A DNA stretch of 64,000 bases from Eledone cirrhosa (GCA_964016885.1 OZ024757.1:39432001-39496000); one strand, 5' to 3'. Positions 1-13,161 are shown, counted from the first letter of the stretch. Numbers and translations: made by a program. The notes: generated from the letters alone by a model not told the origin.

Positions 1-2
1 AC

Positions 3-35
<33 letters not shown>

Positions 36-256
36 TATCTATATCTATATATATCTACAATATATATATATCTACAATATATATATATATATATCTACAA
101 TATATATATCTATCTACAATATATATATATATATATCTATATATCTACAATATATCTATATCTATATATCTATATATATATCTACAATATAAATATATAT
201 ATATATATCTACAATGTATATATATATATATATATATATATACAATATATGTATCT

Positions 257-327
<71 letters not shown>

Positions 328-377
328 ACAATATATATATCTACAATATATATATATATATATACAATATATATATC

Positions 378-424
<47 letters not shown>

Positions 425-468
425 TACAATATATATATCTGCAATATATATATATATATATATCTACA

Positions 469-538
<70 letters not shown>

Positions 539-546
539 ATATATAT

Positions 547-592
<46 letters not shown>

Positions 593-782
593 ATCTACAA
601 TATATATATATCTACAATATATATATATATACAATGTATATATATACAATGTATATGTGTATATATATATAATATATATATATACATTCATATATGCATA
701 TATATATATATGCACACATAAACATCCATATATATACACATATACATTCATACCCACATACACATATATATATATATATATC

Positions 783-852
<70 letters not shown>

Positions 853-866
853 TATGTGTGTGTGTA
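1..866. repeat. (TA)n microsatellite with recurring TCTACAA/TACAA interruptions
   Basis: Directly visible; source of the YIYI ORFs at 145-887. Confidence 0.95.
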
Positions 867-1302
867 TCTTTAATGTATAAATTCTAAGACTTCCGTATAT
901 CTCACACACAAGATGTCGTCCCTTTAATTATATGTTGCAGCGTAATTGTTGATTTTACATGTATTGAGTTGCAGGCCTTAATATGTTGCATGAGAGCATC
1001 TGATAATTCAATATACCAAGTGTATTGTCTGCAGTACTCTTGAGTATAGATATTTTCTACACCCACAGGAATAGTAGGAACACCTTTCTAGGAATCTCAG
1101 CTTGCACTCAACATTTTACTTCAGGTTCAACATTTGTCTTGACAATTTGGGGACTTTCTCTCTTGTTCACGGAACGTAAGGAAGTTCCATGTGTTTAAAA
1201 ATAATATTTTTAAATTCACAGTGACTCTTATGAAATTAATGGGTATCGCGGATATCTTTGTCTTCTACCCTTTGGTCTTGTGCTCAAATAAGAAACCATT
1301 AT

Positions 1303-1658
1303 TGGATTAGCAGTATCACTAGGGGGTCGGACGCCATGCTATGCAGCATATCCTTACGGCCCTTTATGATCTGAGTTCAAATCCCACCGAGGATAATTTG
1401 CCTTTCATCCTTACGAGGGTCGATAAAATAAAGTACCAGTCACGCACTGGGGTCGATTTAATCGACTTACCCCTCCCCCAAAATTGCTGGCCTTGTGCCT
1501 AAATAGAAACCATTATTATTGGCAGCAGTATTGATAGAGGGTCGGACGCCATGCTTTGCAGCAAAGAGTTACGTCCCTTTATAGTCTGAGTTCAAATCCC
1601 GCTGAGGTTAACTTTGCCTTTCATTTTTCGGGCTCAATAAAATAAAGCACCAGTAATG
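1303..1658 (+). mobile_element. Two tandem copies of the main tRNA-derived SINE (family A)
   Basis: A-box-like TGGCAGTATCGGTAGAG head, B-box GAGTTCAAATCCC, central GCCTTTCATCCTTACGGGGTCGATAAAATAAAGTACCAG, tail GTAGAAACAATTATT; about 20 copies in the window. Confidence 0.85.
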
Positions 1659-1816
1659 TGAGAATTATTGTCCTTGAGCAAGACACTTTATTTCAAGTCG
1701 ATCCCTCTGCCTGGATTTGCGACCGGTAGATAGTATTAGCAATTGGAAATACCAATGGAAACATTGTTTCCTCGGCTGGATTTGATGAGATCTGGGATCT
1801 TGTCAATCGACTGTCG

Positions 1817-1885
<69 letters not shown>

Positions 1886-1888
<3 letters not shown>

Positions 1889-2046
1889 CCCAAGGCTCTG
1901 ATACCATCAACACTATAAACACAGAGCTGGCATATCTAAGAACTGACTAACTGCCTGATGAGGTCATAGCCATTCAATGGCTATCATCGAAATATATATA
2001 GCAGTAAATAAAGGATTATGAGTTCATGCAATTGACTTATGTTTCG

Positions 2047-2050
<4 letters not shown>
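1886..2050 (+). mobile_element. 165-bp HHR-bearing mini-element (PLE pLTR-like) between microsatellite tracts
   Basis: Near-identical inverted copy at 15016-15180 with the same boundaries. Confidence 0.8.
1950..2005 (+). ncRNA. Minimal type-I hammerhead ribozyme
   Basis: ACTGC-CTGATGA-stem II(ATAGCCATT/AATGGCTAT)-GAAA-tatata-TA-GCAGT; 5-bp stem I, palindromic short stem III. Confidence 0.8.
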
Positions 2051-2091
<41 letters not shown>

Positions 2092-2094
<3 letters not shown>

Positions 2095-2262
2095 TAATAA
2101 AAAATGCGAAGACTAAAATCCGAAGAGGGCTCGATAAGGATTATATATATATATAAATATATATAAATATATATAAAAACTGTAGAGCAAATATTTCAGA
2201 AGATCTCGTTAAGGGTGAAAACAGTGATTCTTTGTTTAAACTTTAATCTGTTATTTAATATA
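2092..2262. mobile_element. CAGAAGA-HHR mini-element family, copy with collapsed hairpin
   Basis: Tail GACTAAAATCC..AGAGGGCTCGATAAGG plus CAGAAGATCTCGTTAAGGGTGAAA arm, as at 28607 and 39768. Confidence 0.75.
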
Positions 2263-3775
2263 TATATATATATATATACATATACGCATACAGAGAGAGA
2301 CGTCACTCTAATGACATTGACGTACAAATTATTAATGTCATCAAATTTCCATAAAGTCTCGTATTTCTACTTTAGATTCCGGCCATACTTGAATGCTTCA
2401 CTTAAACCATTCCAAACTGCCGTTCACAGAGAACACAGGATACCATTACGTGTGTGTATAGCTGTGTCTGTGAGTGTGTGTGCAAGTGTGTGTGTAAGTG
2501 TATGTGTGTTTAAGTGTGTAAGTGGCTGTGCGTGTGTATGTCTGTGTGTGTGTGTAAGCGTATGTACGTGTGTAAGTATATGTGTGTGTGTTTATATATA
2601 TATATGTGTGTAAGTGAGTGTATGTAAGTGTGTGTATGTAAATATGTATGTGTGTGTAAGTGTATTATGTGCGTGTATGCGTGTGTATGTGTGTGTATGT
2701 AAATATGTGTGCGTGTGCGTATGTGTGTGTGTGATCTTTCTTTAACTTATTTCTATTTTCAATCCAATAGATCTTCACCTGAGGGGAATACACGATTATT
2801 GGTTACTGCAGAAATTATGGTTACGAAACATTAAAACTACTTGTAATTGAAATCTAACAGCGTAAATCTGAGGCTTGCTGGAATAGATCTCTTGGGTATC
2901 ACACATTTTATAAAGATCCAGTTATCAACTTCCCCGAAGCACAATTTTTAACGCAACTGCATCGTAAATGGAATAGTTTGAAGAAAACTTGAGTTGGCAG
3001 AAATATTTTCAAATTCAGATTACGCAATGTCAACTTTCTAGATTACAATCCTATCTTAACTGAATGAAACCCCTGTAATATATATCTAGAATTTAATTAA
3101 CTATATACTCCTCTATAGGCAGGAAAATTAGCTGGGTCATACAAGGATCCAATGGTCGCGGCAGCAATACAAATGCCCAAGACATGCAATGAGTCATGAC
3201 GGCCCCAACGTAACAGCCTGCTTGTTATATTAACATGAAAGTGGTTGACCCCGGAAGGGAGAGGCGGGTATCCTTGATGTCGTTCTCAAAACAATTCAGC
3301 GTTTCAGAGAATGTGACATGGCTGGCATTCCTTTTTATAACACAAGAACAACGTGGAATAAAATGTCATGATCAACATTCTTTTCACGAACTATTTCGCC
3401 TAAAGGCGTAGAATATTTTGAGAGAGTGACTAGATCAAAATTTGACCAGGCAGTTCCTCTGCAAATTGGTATAAAAATGAAGCCTCACAGTCAAGAATTT
3501 CTATAGAAATTTAAGCAGAACTTACCAAGCAAGTTTCACACATGTGTCCATCCCAGAAGATAGACAGACAGACAGATAGATAGATAGATAAATAAATGTA
3601 TGGATAGATAGATAGATGTATGGATAGATATATAGATAGATAGATAGATAGATATATAGGTAGATAAATAGATTATATGGATAGATAGATAGATAGATAA
3701 ACAGAAACACGGTAAATATGCTTACACGAATTAGAACCCCGAATGTTAGATACAGACTTGTTTATTACTCTTAGT

Positions 3776-4077
3776 CAGGGTTCGATTTAAACCTTAGATG
3801 GCCCGGGACACTTCATATTTGGGGGGCGCCTCATAGACATGAAATTAGAATAAACAGCAACCCCTCCCCTCAATTTTACATATCAAAGTTAGCTTGATGC
3901 ACGTAATTGGAATTGAAAAGTTATACATACATGTATTAAATTTTAAAATTCTAACCATCCTAAAACTAAAAAGCCCAGTTGATGGCACATATAGATTGCT
4001 ACGGCTGTCGCTGGTAGGGCTCATACTGCAGAGGTGGGGGACAAATGCCTGCTTTGACTCCATTAAATCCAGCCCTG
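3776..4077. mobile_element. hAT-like MITE
   Basis: TIRs CAGGGTTCGATTTAA / TTAAATCCAGCCCTG (13/15 complementary); 8-bp flanks match only 5/8. Confidence 0.55.
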
Positions 4078-4937
4078 ATCTAAGCATCTGAGCATGGGGG
4101 AGAAATATAGAGAAATATTCTAGATCAAAACATCACTAGATAAATAAAACCACGGAATTTAAGAGATACAACATCGAGACATAAGAAAAGAAGTCTGAAC
4201 CTAACAATATAGATTTAAAGAGAGCTCAATGTGTTGACTTAAACTAGATTAGAACACTCATACTAAGTAACTTTCTACTTACAATCTTCTAAATTTGTGA
4301 AGGGGGCAAGAGTCGATGAAAATATAAAGAATACTTCATCAACAGTACTGGGCTGGATCCTTCTATAATCTCTCTCTCTCTCACGCACACATATACACAC
4401 TCTCTCTGTGGAAGAAATCGACTGCAAAAGGTTTGGTTTTAATTGCCCAGGAAACTCTGAATGTCACTACGACACCCTTACTACTTAAATACGATCAAAG
4501 GAAGGAAATACTTTATCAAATTAATAATTCTTTAAAGTTTTATTCCGTCTTGTTTCGAAGAAGTAGCATGTACGTGCTTGTAGCCGAACAATTCCTTGTT
4601 AACATGTTCAAATCCACAGCTGTTACCTTGTATTTTACGTTTCCTCATTTCAGCTAGCCACCAAAGATAAGTTATTTATCATGCATGTTGCTCTACTTCT
4701 TGTTGTTTGTTAACCGTAAGAAATATCTCATTCGGAAGACTTTGGACGAAACTTATTTCAGCTGTCACCACCGTATGTTTTGATTTTTAGGCATAATATA
4801 TTCAGGACTGCATCATTATCCAGTGTTCCATTTGTTTATTGTTAAAATGTTTTTAACATACATACTATGACAATCGGGTACATAACTTCTGGTATTTTTG
4901 TGCATGCGGGGGTTGTGTACGAAAGTTCAGAATTTTA

Positions 4938-5095
4938 TGATTAGAGGAAGATTTCCCATCTATTCCTAGAAACCGCACCGTCAGAAATATCCCACTGTGA
5001 TTAGAAAAAGATTTCCTACCTATTTCTAGCAGCTACATCCCTAGCAATATGCTACTGTGATTTGAGAATGATTTCCACATCTGTTCGGAGCTGTT
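4938..5095. repeat. Diverged 60-bp tandem repeat, about 2.6 units
   Basis: TGATT.GA..A.GATTTCC recurs at 4938, 4998, 5058. Confidence 0.8.
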
Positions 5096-5294
5096 CGTGT
5101 ATAATCCGTAAACAGACTAACGTCGTAAACAAATGATCGTATGACATGCGCAACGAGAACTCGTGAACTACGCTCTCAAGTATAAGAAACTAATAAAACT
5201 AATGTTGTGACGTTTGATTTAGAACGAAATTCTTAAAACATCGGTGATTTTAAAACGTGTTTAGACATCTCTTTGTTATTATACACACACACAC

Positions 5295-5349
<55 letters not shown>

Positions 5350-5458
5350 TAGTGGAGGTGCGTGACCTAGTGGTAAGGGTGTTGGACTTACGACCATAAT
5401 GTCGATCTACCAGACGGGTGTAATATTAATAAATAAATATATATATTTAGAAAGGAAG

Positions 5459-5700
5459 AGGCTATTTTGCTTGTCCCGGTAAAATAGACCCCTAGGGCTA
5501 TTTTGCCGGTAAATATTTTCATCATAAAGGCATATAATGTTAAAAATTAACATAAGAACACAAATTTAGCACGAAAGTTTATTTATTTTCACCACCAATT
5601 ATTAAAGATAATTTAAAATCTAACCCTTACCCTAACACTATTTATATTTGCCGGCAAAATAGTTTGGGGGTCTATTTTAACGGGACCGGTCAAATAGCCT
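5459..5700. mobile_element. MITE-like element with about 55-bp imperfect TIRs
   Basis: AGGCTATTT..GTCCCGGTAAAATAGACCCC..ATTTTGCCGGTAAATA is mirrored by TATTTGCCGGCAAAAT..GGGGTCTATTTTAACGGGAC..AAATAGCCT. Confidence 0.65.
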
Positions 5701-6782
5701 ATTCAATTTTTTTAAAATCACTGTTTCTCCTTTTACAGGGATAATAAAACCAGCCCGAAACACTTATTTGAAATTTTTGTGTTAAAAATAAAATAGCATG
5801 CAATTTACGTTTCAGAATTTTAGTTTCTGCAGCATCAAAGATGATTTAATAAGTGTGGAGAGAGAGAGAGACAGGATATTACAATGATGGTGAAGATATA
5901 CAGAAGATGTTAATGAGTCACAAACGCTCCCTCATAGGTGAAGAGACTGTGCAGGTCTGTGTGCTATGTTAGCGACAACACCCACAGACACGCGCAGTCT
6001 ACTCACTGCTGAGGCTGGCTGTACCAACAGAACGAAAAAAACAAAAACAAAAAACAATTGAATAACGAAAGTAATCGGCAAAAACTACCCAAAGCTATAA
6101 AGACAACAGCGACCAACACCACGGCCATCAGCACGTGCTGCAGACTACCAGAACATCACTAGCACGTGGAGTCAGTCTACACGATGACGAGGCTAGGATA
6201 TGCTATCATAAGGAGCAGTGCATGTATTAGCAACTCCCAAAAGAACGAAAGCCTTCACCACCATAACAGACTATCACAATAACCACAAACAGTCTATACT
6301 GTGATGTTACTGGCTATACCAATATACGTTAGAAAGAACATATCAATATTCCTTTAATACACATTAAAAACAGCATTCTGTCATGGTATCCAGACACATA
6401 CATACATACATACATACATACATACATACATACATACATACATGATACATACAACTCAAAACATCCACATCCACACATACAATAACATCCATATCTACAA
6501 ATGCATGAATACATACCACCTACACATGCATGCATACATACCACCTACACATGCATGCATACATATCCACCTAGTTGATGATGTGTAAATTCCAATGCGA
6601 GAGTCTTGTGTCTATGTTAGAAACCGACTCTCTCTCTATTGGGAAAACTTTGTGAAATTATAAAACCAGATGAACATACATACATACATACATACATACA
6701 TACATACATACATACATACATACATACATACATACATACATAGATACATACATACATACATACATACATACATACATACATA

Positions 6783-6917
6783 CAAATGGCTGCTATGGCT
6801 GCCACCTTCAACATTTGCAAAACATTCTTGCGATTCAAGGGATGACAATTTTTTTTCTTTTACAACCTTGCCACCAGGAAGGTCCAAAATGTACTCGAAA
6901 TTAAGAGAAAGAGAGAC
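6783..6917 (+). mobile_element. 3' tip of an RLE-type (R4/Dong-like) non-LTR retrotransposon in (CATA)n
   Basis: Encodes QMAAMAATFNICKTFLRFKG* then a short UTR; shares the ICKTF motif with 6986-7195. Confidence 0.55.
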
Positions 6918-6985
6918 ATACATACATACATACATACATACATACATACATACATACATACATACATACATACATACATACATAC

Positions 6986-7195
6986 ACTCTCCGCTGACTG
7001 TAGCTTTAGATTTGTACCTGTAATTATTGCGGGTTGAGGGACTCTGGGATATGTTACTAAACTGCCTCAACACAAATCTTAAGAAGCTTGGTTTCACAGA
7101 ACCAGAAAGAACACGACAAATTAGACAATTGTAAGCACTGTCCAGTAATTGGAACTGTAAAGATATGTAAAACTTTCCAGAAATTTAGCATATAA
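6986..7195 (+). mobile_element. Degraded C-terminus of an RLE-type (R4/Dong-like) non-LTR retrotransposon
   Basis: With frameshifts and stops reads FRFVPVII..GTLGYVT/NCLNTNLKKLGF..IRQL../IGTVKICKTFQKFSI*, like the PVIIGALG..LQ..GT end of restriction-like-endonuclease LINEs. Confidence 0.7.
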
Positions 7196-7198
7196 TAA

Positions 7199-7255
<57 letters not shown>

Positions 7256-7256
<1 letters not shown>

Positions 7257-7400
7257 GGTGGCTGCCAACTCGTTTTCGAGTACGGCCACTACTTTATATC
7301 CATGTAGGAGAACCCCTACCGATGCGCTGAACGAGTGTGACTTTTTAATCCAGCCAGCGACTTGAAAACTCTGGTACAAACACTACACTTGTGACAATTA
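7256..7400 (-). mobile_element. LINE 3' end with terminal C2H2 finger (RTE-like)
   Basis: HKCSVCTRVFKSLAGLKSHTRSAHR* followed by a short UTR and (TA)n. Confidence 0.55.
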
Positions 7401-7649
7401 TTGACACAGTGCTGGGCCCATGGTACCATGTGACGACAAGTGCAGAGAGATCTCAAGATATAAAGCAATGCCTGTGCTGTGAAGCTTTTATAGTGAGCAA
7501 AGGCACTGCACAAAGCCACTCCCACTCTCTTGACCAAGATGATATTTACCAAAAAGAAGAACAAGTCAACATCATTGGATACCATCAGGGTTGCAGGTGT
7601 TATATCAGAGTTTTCCTTCTTCTAGAATTCTGCCTTGAGAAAGGCTAAG

Positions 7650-7684
<35 letters not shown>

Positions 7685-7875
7685 GCATATATATACAGAA
7701 ATATATGTGTATGTACACGTATGACTCAAAACATACAGAATAAAAGATGCAGTGACACCCATACCTGCACCAACATGCAAACACCTGAAAACATACAGAA
7801 TTACCTAGTCAATGTTGTCTAAGTTCCAACAAAAGAGTCTTCTTTCTGTGTTAGGACCCCGCCCCCACCTCTCTT

Positions 7876-7972
<97 letters not shown>

Positions 7973-8468
7973 TACTATAATTCGGAGAGTCATGCTGCCA
8001 ATAAAAACACACGCATCTCTTGGCTTTCACTTCAATTTATTATATACATACATATATCTGAGAAATTAATAATAATAATAATGATAAACTAGAGGACCAT
8101 ACATATATCCACACACAAAGAAACCCTCTCACAGAATTCTTCAAGGTAATGAGTTTGTCTGTACCAACAGAAGAACGAAAATACCAAATACTACCACGAC
8201 CACCGAAGAAACAAAGTCAAAACGAACAGAAATCTACAATCTTCATACCAACATCTGTATATGTTTGTATCATATTTTAGCTGTATATATTTAAATGTGT
8301 TAGTTGGTTAACGTGCTTGTGTTTCTGGCCATGCTACGGCTACATTATACCTACTAAACTAATTTTTTCATCCGGTGTTGGGTTGTTTCTTTATAAATTG
8401 TTTTGATCAAGTTTTTGTTTTACTGTTTGCCATATTTGTTTGTTTAACTTTTTAATAATTCAATTGGA

Positions 8469-8508
<40 letters not shown>

Positions 8509-8520
8509 TTAATATAGATG

Positions 8521-8571
8521 AGATTCTACAGGACTAGAACTGTTTCATTCTTTAGAAATCATCAGGAATCT
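8521..8571 (-). ncRNA. Full type-I hammerhead ribozyme, canonical core
   Basis: Minus strand: AGATTC-CTGATGA-tTTCtaaaGAAt-GAA-ACAG[ttctagtc]CTGT-A-GAATCT; stem I 6 bp, stem III 4 bp, GUA site. Confidence 0.85.
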
Positions 8572-8597
8572 GGCTGTCCAATATATATACACAGACG

Positions 8598-8745
<148 letters not shown>

Positions 8746-9680
8746 AAAACTTGCAGTAACGTTTGCTGATGTTGTATAATCCCAGATCAAACAGCTCTAT
8801 TTTAGAAGAAATTGCAGCTATGAACATCACGTTATTTTCGTGCGTGTTTGTGTGTCTTCAGATATTTTATCTAGAAATAAACTACATAAAGTATTTGTTA
8901 CATTTTAAAAGAAGGTAGGACTTGATGATCTGGAGAAGACTTGGCTGTTTTTACTAGCAGATTGACCTCGTAATAAAGGTTACTCTGTTGGCAGGTAAAG
9001 TATGAATACAATTTTGTTTTTCTAACATTGGAATAAAGCCAGCAATTTTGAGTGGAGGTTGCAGTCGATTATATGAAACCGGAGTGACAGTTCGACGATA
9101 ATGTAAGTATTTTGAATAGAGTGTGTCAAATACATTTTAAAAAAATTAGGAGCCAATTCATTTGATGAATTAACTAGAACATGAAAACCGACGTAGGCCC
9201 TTTTTTGTTGTTATAACTTGCAAGATATTAACAGACCTGCCAACCTCTAAAAACCCAAACGGGAAGAGCCATGAAAAAAAGTGCCCCAAACGAAGAGAAA
9301 TGAGGCAAAATGGGGAGATTTTACATCATGAAAGCTATACCCATTTTCACAAGAGAAGTCATCTCTCACCCACCCCAAAGTGGATGGGAGATTTCCCTGT
9401 CGAACGTTTCAACAAACCAAGAAAAGAGTCATTGAAAAGTGTGACACTAAATTTCTAAATTTCTTCAAATATTCGCAAAGATGTCAGTATTTGTATTTGT
9501 TCCATTTGTATTAAGTTTCTAAAATCGAGGCGTTTTAACATAATGCCATAGACTATTATGTAACAGAGTTCCCTCTCTTAGTTGATGCACTGAATTCTAA
9601 TGTTGTCTCCCTTGATTTATTAGCGAACATTAAATTTGTCATATATAATGTCCTTTTATTCAAACATAATATTATTTACA

Positions 9681-9956
9681 GTTTCAAATCCCGCCGAGGT
9701 TAACTTTGCCTTTCATCCTTACGGGGTCGATAACATAAAGTACCAGTAATGTACTGGGTGATTGCTGGCCTTGTGCCAATAGTAGAAACAATTATTTACA
9801 GTAACAATAATAATGGTTTCTTATATAGGCACAAGGCCATCAATTTTGGGGGGAGGGGAAAGGCGATTAAATTGACCCCAGTGCGTGACTGGTACGTTAT
9901 TTTATTGACCTCGTAAGGATGAAAGGCAAAGTTAACCTCGGCGGGATTTGAACTCG
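9681..9956. mobile_element. Tail-to-tail pair of family A SINEs (9681-9795 +, 9808-9956 -)
   Basis: Family A central domain in both orientations. Confidence 0.85.
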
Positions 9957-10361
9957 ACAACTATAATAGTGACAATAATAAAAAGAAAAAGGAAACAAAA
10001 GGAAAGAAAGAATAGGGAAATATAGAGAAAAAAGAAAAAAAGAACGGGGGGGGGGGATAGTAATAACTCTTGTGTCGAAGAAGAGAGGGGTAGGGCGAAA
10101 GGGGAGGGTGATTGGGCTTTCGGCATAGGGCAAGGGGAGAGGAGTGCTGCGCTCCGTGGACAAGACAGCAAAAGCATTCCTGCGGACGATGGTCAGCCAA
10201 CCAAGCGTGGCTCTCTCCTCAGACAGGCTGCCGACATTCCGATCTTGTTAAATTTATTCTGCTAGAAATAGCAGCTAAAACTCGAATAATCCAGAAATAG
10301 AGTTTTGTATGTGAAAGTTTGTATAAAATAAGTGTGCTTGCTGACATTATATATCAAATAT

Positions 10362-10718
10362 AGTTCAAATCCCGCCGAGGTTAACTTTGCCTTTCATCCT
10401 TACGGGGTCGATAAAATAAAGTACCAGTAATACATTGGGTTATTGCTGGCCTAGTGCCAAAAGTAGAAACAATTATATATCAAACTCCATAATATAGACA
10501 TAGTATATACCGTAGTATATTGTTATTTTAATGTAGTAATATATAATAGCTTCTACTTTTGGCACAAGGCTAGCAAATACCCAATACATTACTGGTACTT
10601 TATTTTATCGACCCCGTAAGGATGAAAGGCAAAGTTAACCTCGGCGGGATTTGAAATCAGAATGGAAAGGGCCGTAACTCTATGCGTCAAAGCATGGCGT
10701 CCGACCCTCTACCGATAC
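10362..10718. mobile_element. Tail-to-tail pair of family A SINEs (10362-10475 +, 10549-10718 -)
   Basis: Near-identical central domains in opposite orientation, about 75 bp apart. Confidence 0.85.
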
Positions 10719-10790
10719 TAATGATTACCTGTACAGGTAATCCAAGTGTATATATACTCAGGGGGACACCCAGTGTCTATACATACATAT

Positions 10791-10823
<33 letters not shown>

Positions 10824-10864
10824 TTTATATATAAGTATATATATATACATATATGTGTGTGTAT

Positions 10865-10920
10865 AACAGAGTTCGGATCTAGCTGTCGAAACGGCCGTCG
10901 AGTTCCTGTCTCTTTTCCTA
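10865..10920 (+). mobile_element. Short arm of the TTTTCCTA-ending HHR family
   Basis: GTTCGG..CTGTC-GAAA-CGGCCG-TC-GAGTT..TTTTCCTA(TA)n; 3' half of the HHR only. Confidence 0.6.
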
Positions 10921-10927
10921 TATATAC

Positions 10928-10983
<56 letters not shown>

Positions 10984-11000
10984 GTATATATATATACATT

Positions 11001-11055
<55 letters not shown>

Positions 11056-11630
11056 TTATATATATATATATGTATATATATTTATGTGTGTGTATATATA
11101 TATGTATGTATGTATATACATATATATTTATATAAATATATATAATATATTATAATACAATATAATATATATAATATAATATAATATAATATAATATAAT
11201 ATAATATAATATAATATAATATAATATATTAAAATACAATATATATAATTGTTTCTACTTTTGGCACAAGGCCAGCAAATATACCAATGTATTACTGGTG
11301 CTTTATTTTATCGACCCCGTAAGGATGAAAGGCAAAGTTAAATTCGAAATAATATAATATAATATAGTATAATATAATATAATATAATATAATATAATAT
11401 AATATAATATAATATAATACAATAAAATATAGTATAATATAATATAATATAATAAAATATAGTATAATATAATATAATATAATACAATATAATATAAAAC
11501 AATATGATATATAAATTACAGCCGAGACATAGTACAATATATAATTTTCCCCTTAACATTCCGAAGTCTGGTGGAATCCCAACACGAAACTACGAAGTCT
11601 TAGTTGCAAAAAATATCGTTAGAAAAAAAC

Positions 11631-11750
11631 CCAGCGTTCTAGGCCATCACGTGACACTAGCGTTCCCAGCCATGGCACGCGCTACCTTAGGTTAGTTACC
11701 ATGGAGACCCAGCTAAGTTCTTTGAAATGGCAGACGAGAACGGTAAGACT
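11631..11750 (+). promoter_or_regulatory. Candidate promoter / first exon: E-box TCACGTGA (11647), X-box-like GTTACCATGGAGAC (11695), ATG (11727), donor GTAAGA (11743)
   Basis: CpG-containing island in AT-rich DNA; motifs read directly; function is inference. Confidence 0.4.
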
Positions 11751-12067
11751 GGCTTTTATTCTTTTAAACAACAGAGCGGGGGAGTGTACACACACACATA
11801 TATATATTTTGTGTGTGTGGGAACATATGTATATATATATGTATATGTATATATAATGTATATATGTAATATATGTATAATGTATGTATAATATATATAT
11901 TTTAGTAAATACGAAGAGATATTTCTACAATTCCACACACACATATATTCATAATGTACATATATATATATAGAATATATGTATATATCTAATATATATA
12001 TATATATAATGTATATTTAATGTATAAATGTAATATATTAATAATATATATATGTTGTGTATTAATG

Positions 12068-12122
<55 letters not shown>

Positions 12123-12771
12123 TGTTAGTAAATACGAAGACATATTTATACTATTCCACACATATAATATATATGTTATGTCTTCGACCACTGATTCCAA
12201 CAACCAGCGTTCTAGGCCATCACGTGACACCTGCGTTCCCAGCCATGGCACGCGCGACCTTGGAGTAGTTACCATGGAGATGTAGCCCAAGACACAGCCG
12301 AGTTCTTTGAATTTACAGACGACAACTTTAAGACTGGGTTTGGTGTTTTTTAACCAACTCACTGGGGCTGAGCAGCTATATATATTATCTCTCTCCCCAC
12401 ACTCTCTCTCCTCTCCACCCTCTCTCTCTCCTCTCTCTCTTCTCTCTATCCTCTCTCTCTCCTCTCTCTCTCTCTCCTCTCTTTCCTCTCTCTCTCTCCT
12501 CTCCCTCTCTCCTCTCTCTCTCTCCTCTCTCTCCTTCCTCTCTCTCATCTCTCTCTCTCCTCTCTCTCATCTCTCTCCTCTCTCTCTCTCTCTCTCCTCT
12601 CCTCTCTCTCTCCTCTCTCTCTCTCTCCTCTCTCTCTCCTCTCTCTCGCTCCTCTCTCTCTCCTCTCTCTCTCCTTTCTCTCTCTCATCTCTCTCCTCTC
12701 TCTCTGCTCTCTCTCTCCTCTCTCTCTCTCCTCTCTCTCTCCTCTCCTCTCTCTCTATCTCTTTCTCTCTG

Positions 12772-12829
<58 letters not shown>

Positions 12830-13036
12830 CTCTCTCCTCTCTCTACTCTCTACTCTCACTCTCCTCTCTCCTCTCTCTCCCTTCCCTCTTATGGGTCGAT
12901 AAAATAAAGTACCAGTAATGCACCGTGATAATTGCTGGCCTTGCCAAAAGTAGAAACATTTAACATAACAGTAGTTGTTTATATGATTTGCTCTGTCTTT
13001 GATGTACATTGAGCTGTCTTTGATGAGGAACTTAAT

Positions 13037-13076
<40 letters not shown>

Positions 13077-13161
13077 ATTAAGTCAAATATGCAAAATGAT
13101 ATATATATAACTGTAAACATTGCCTCCTGAGTTTTGTTTGTTAATTTTCCAATAATATATT

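Noticed and set aside
1069-1175. AG..GTAAG-bounded open segment
   Set aside because: The peptide is unrecognised, and such boundaries arise by chance.
7316-7585. Host C2H2 zinc-finger gene
   Set aside because: A single finger directly before a stop, short UTR and microsatellite, with no TGEKP linker, fits a LINE terminus better.
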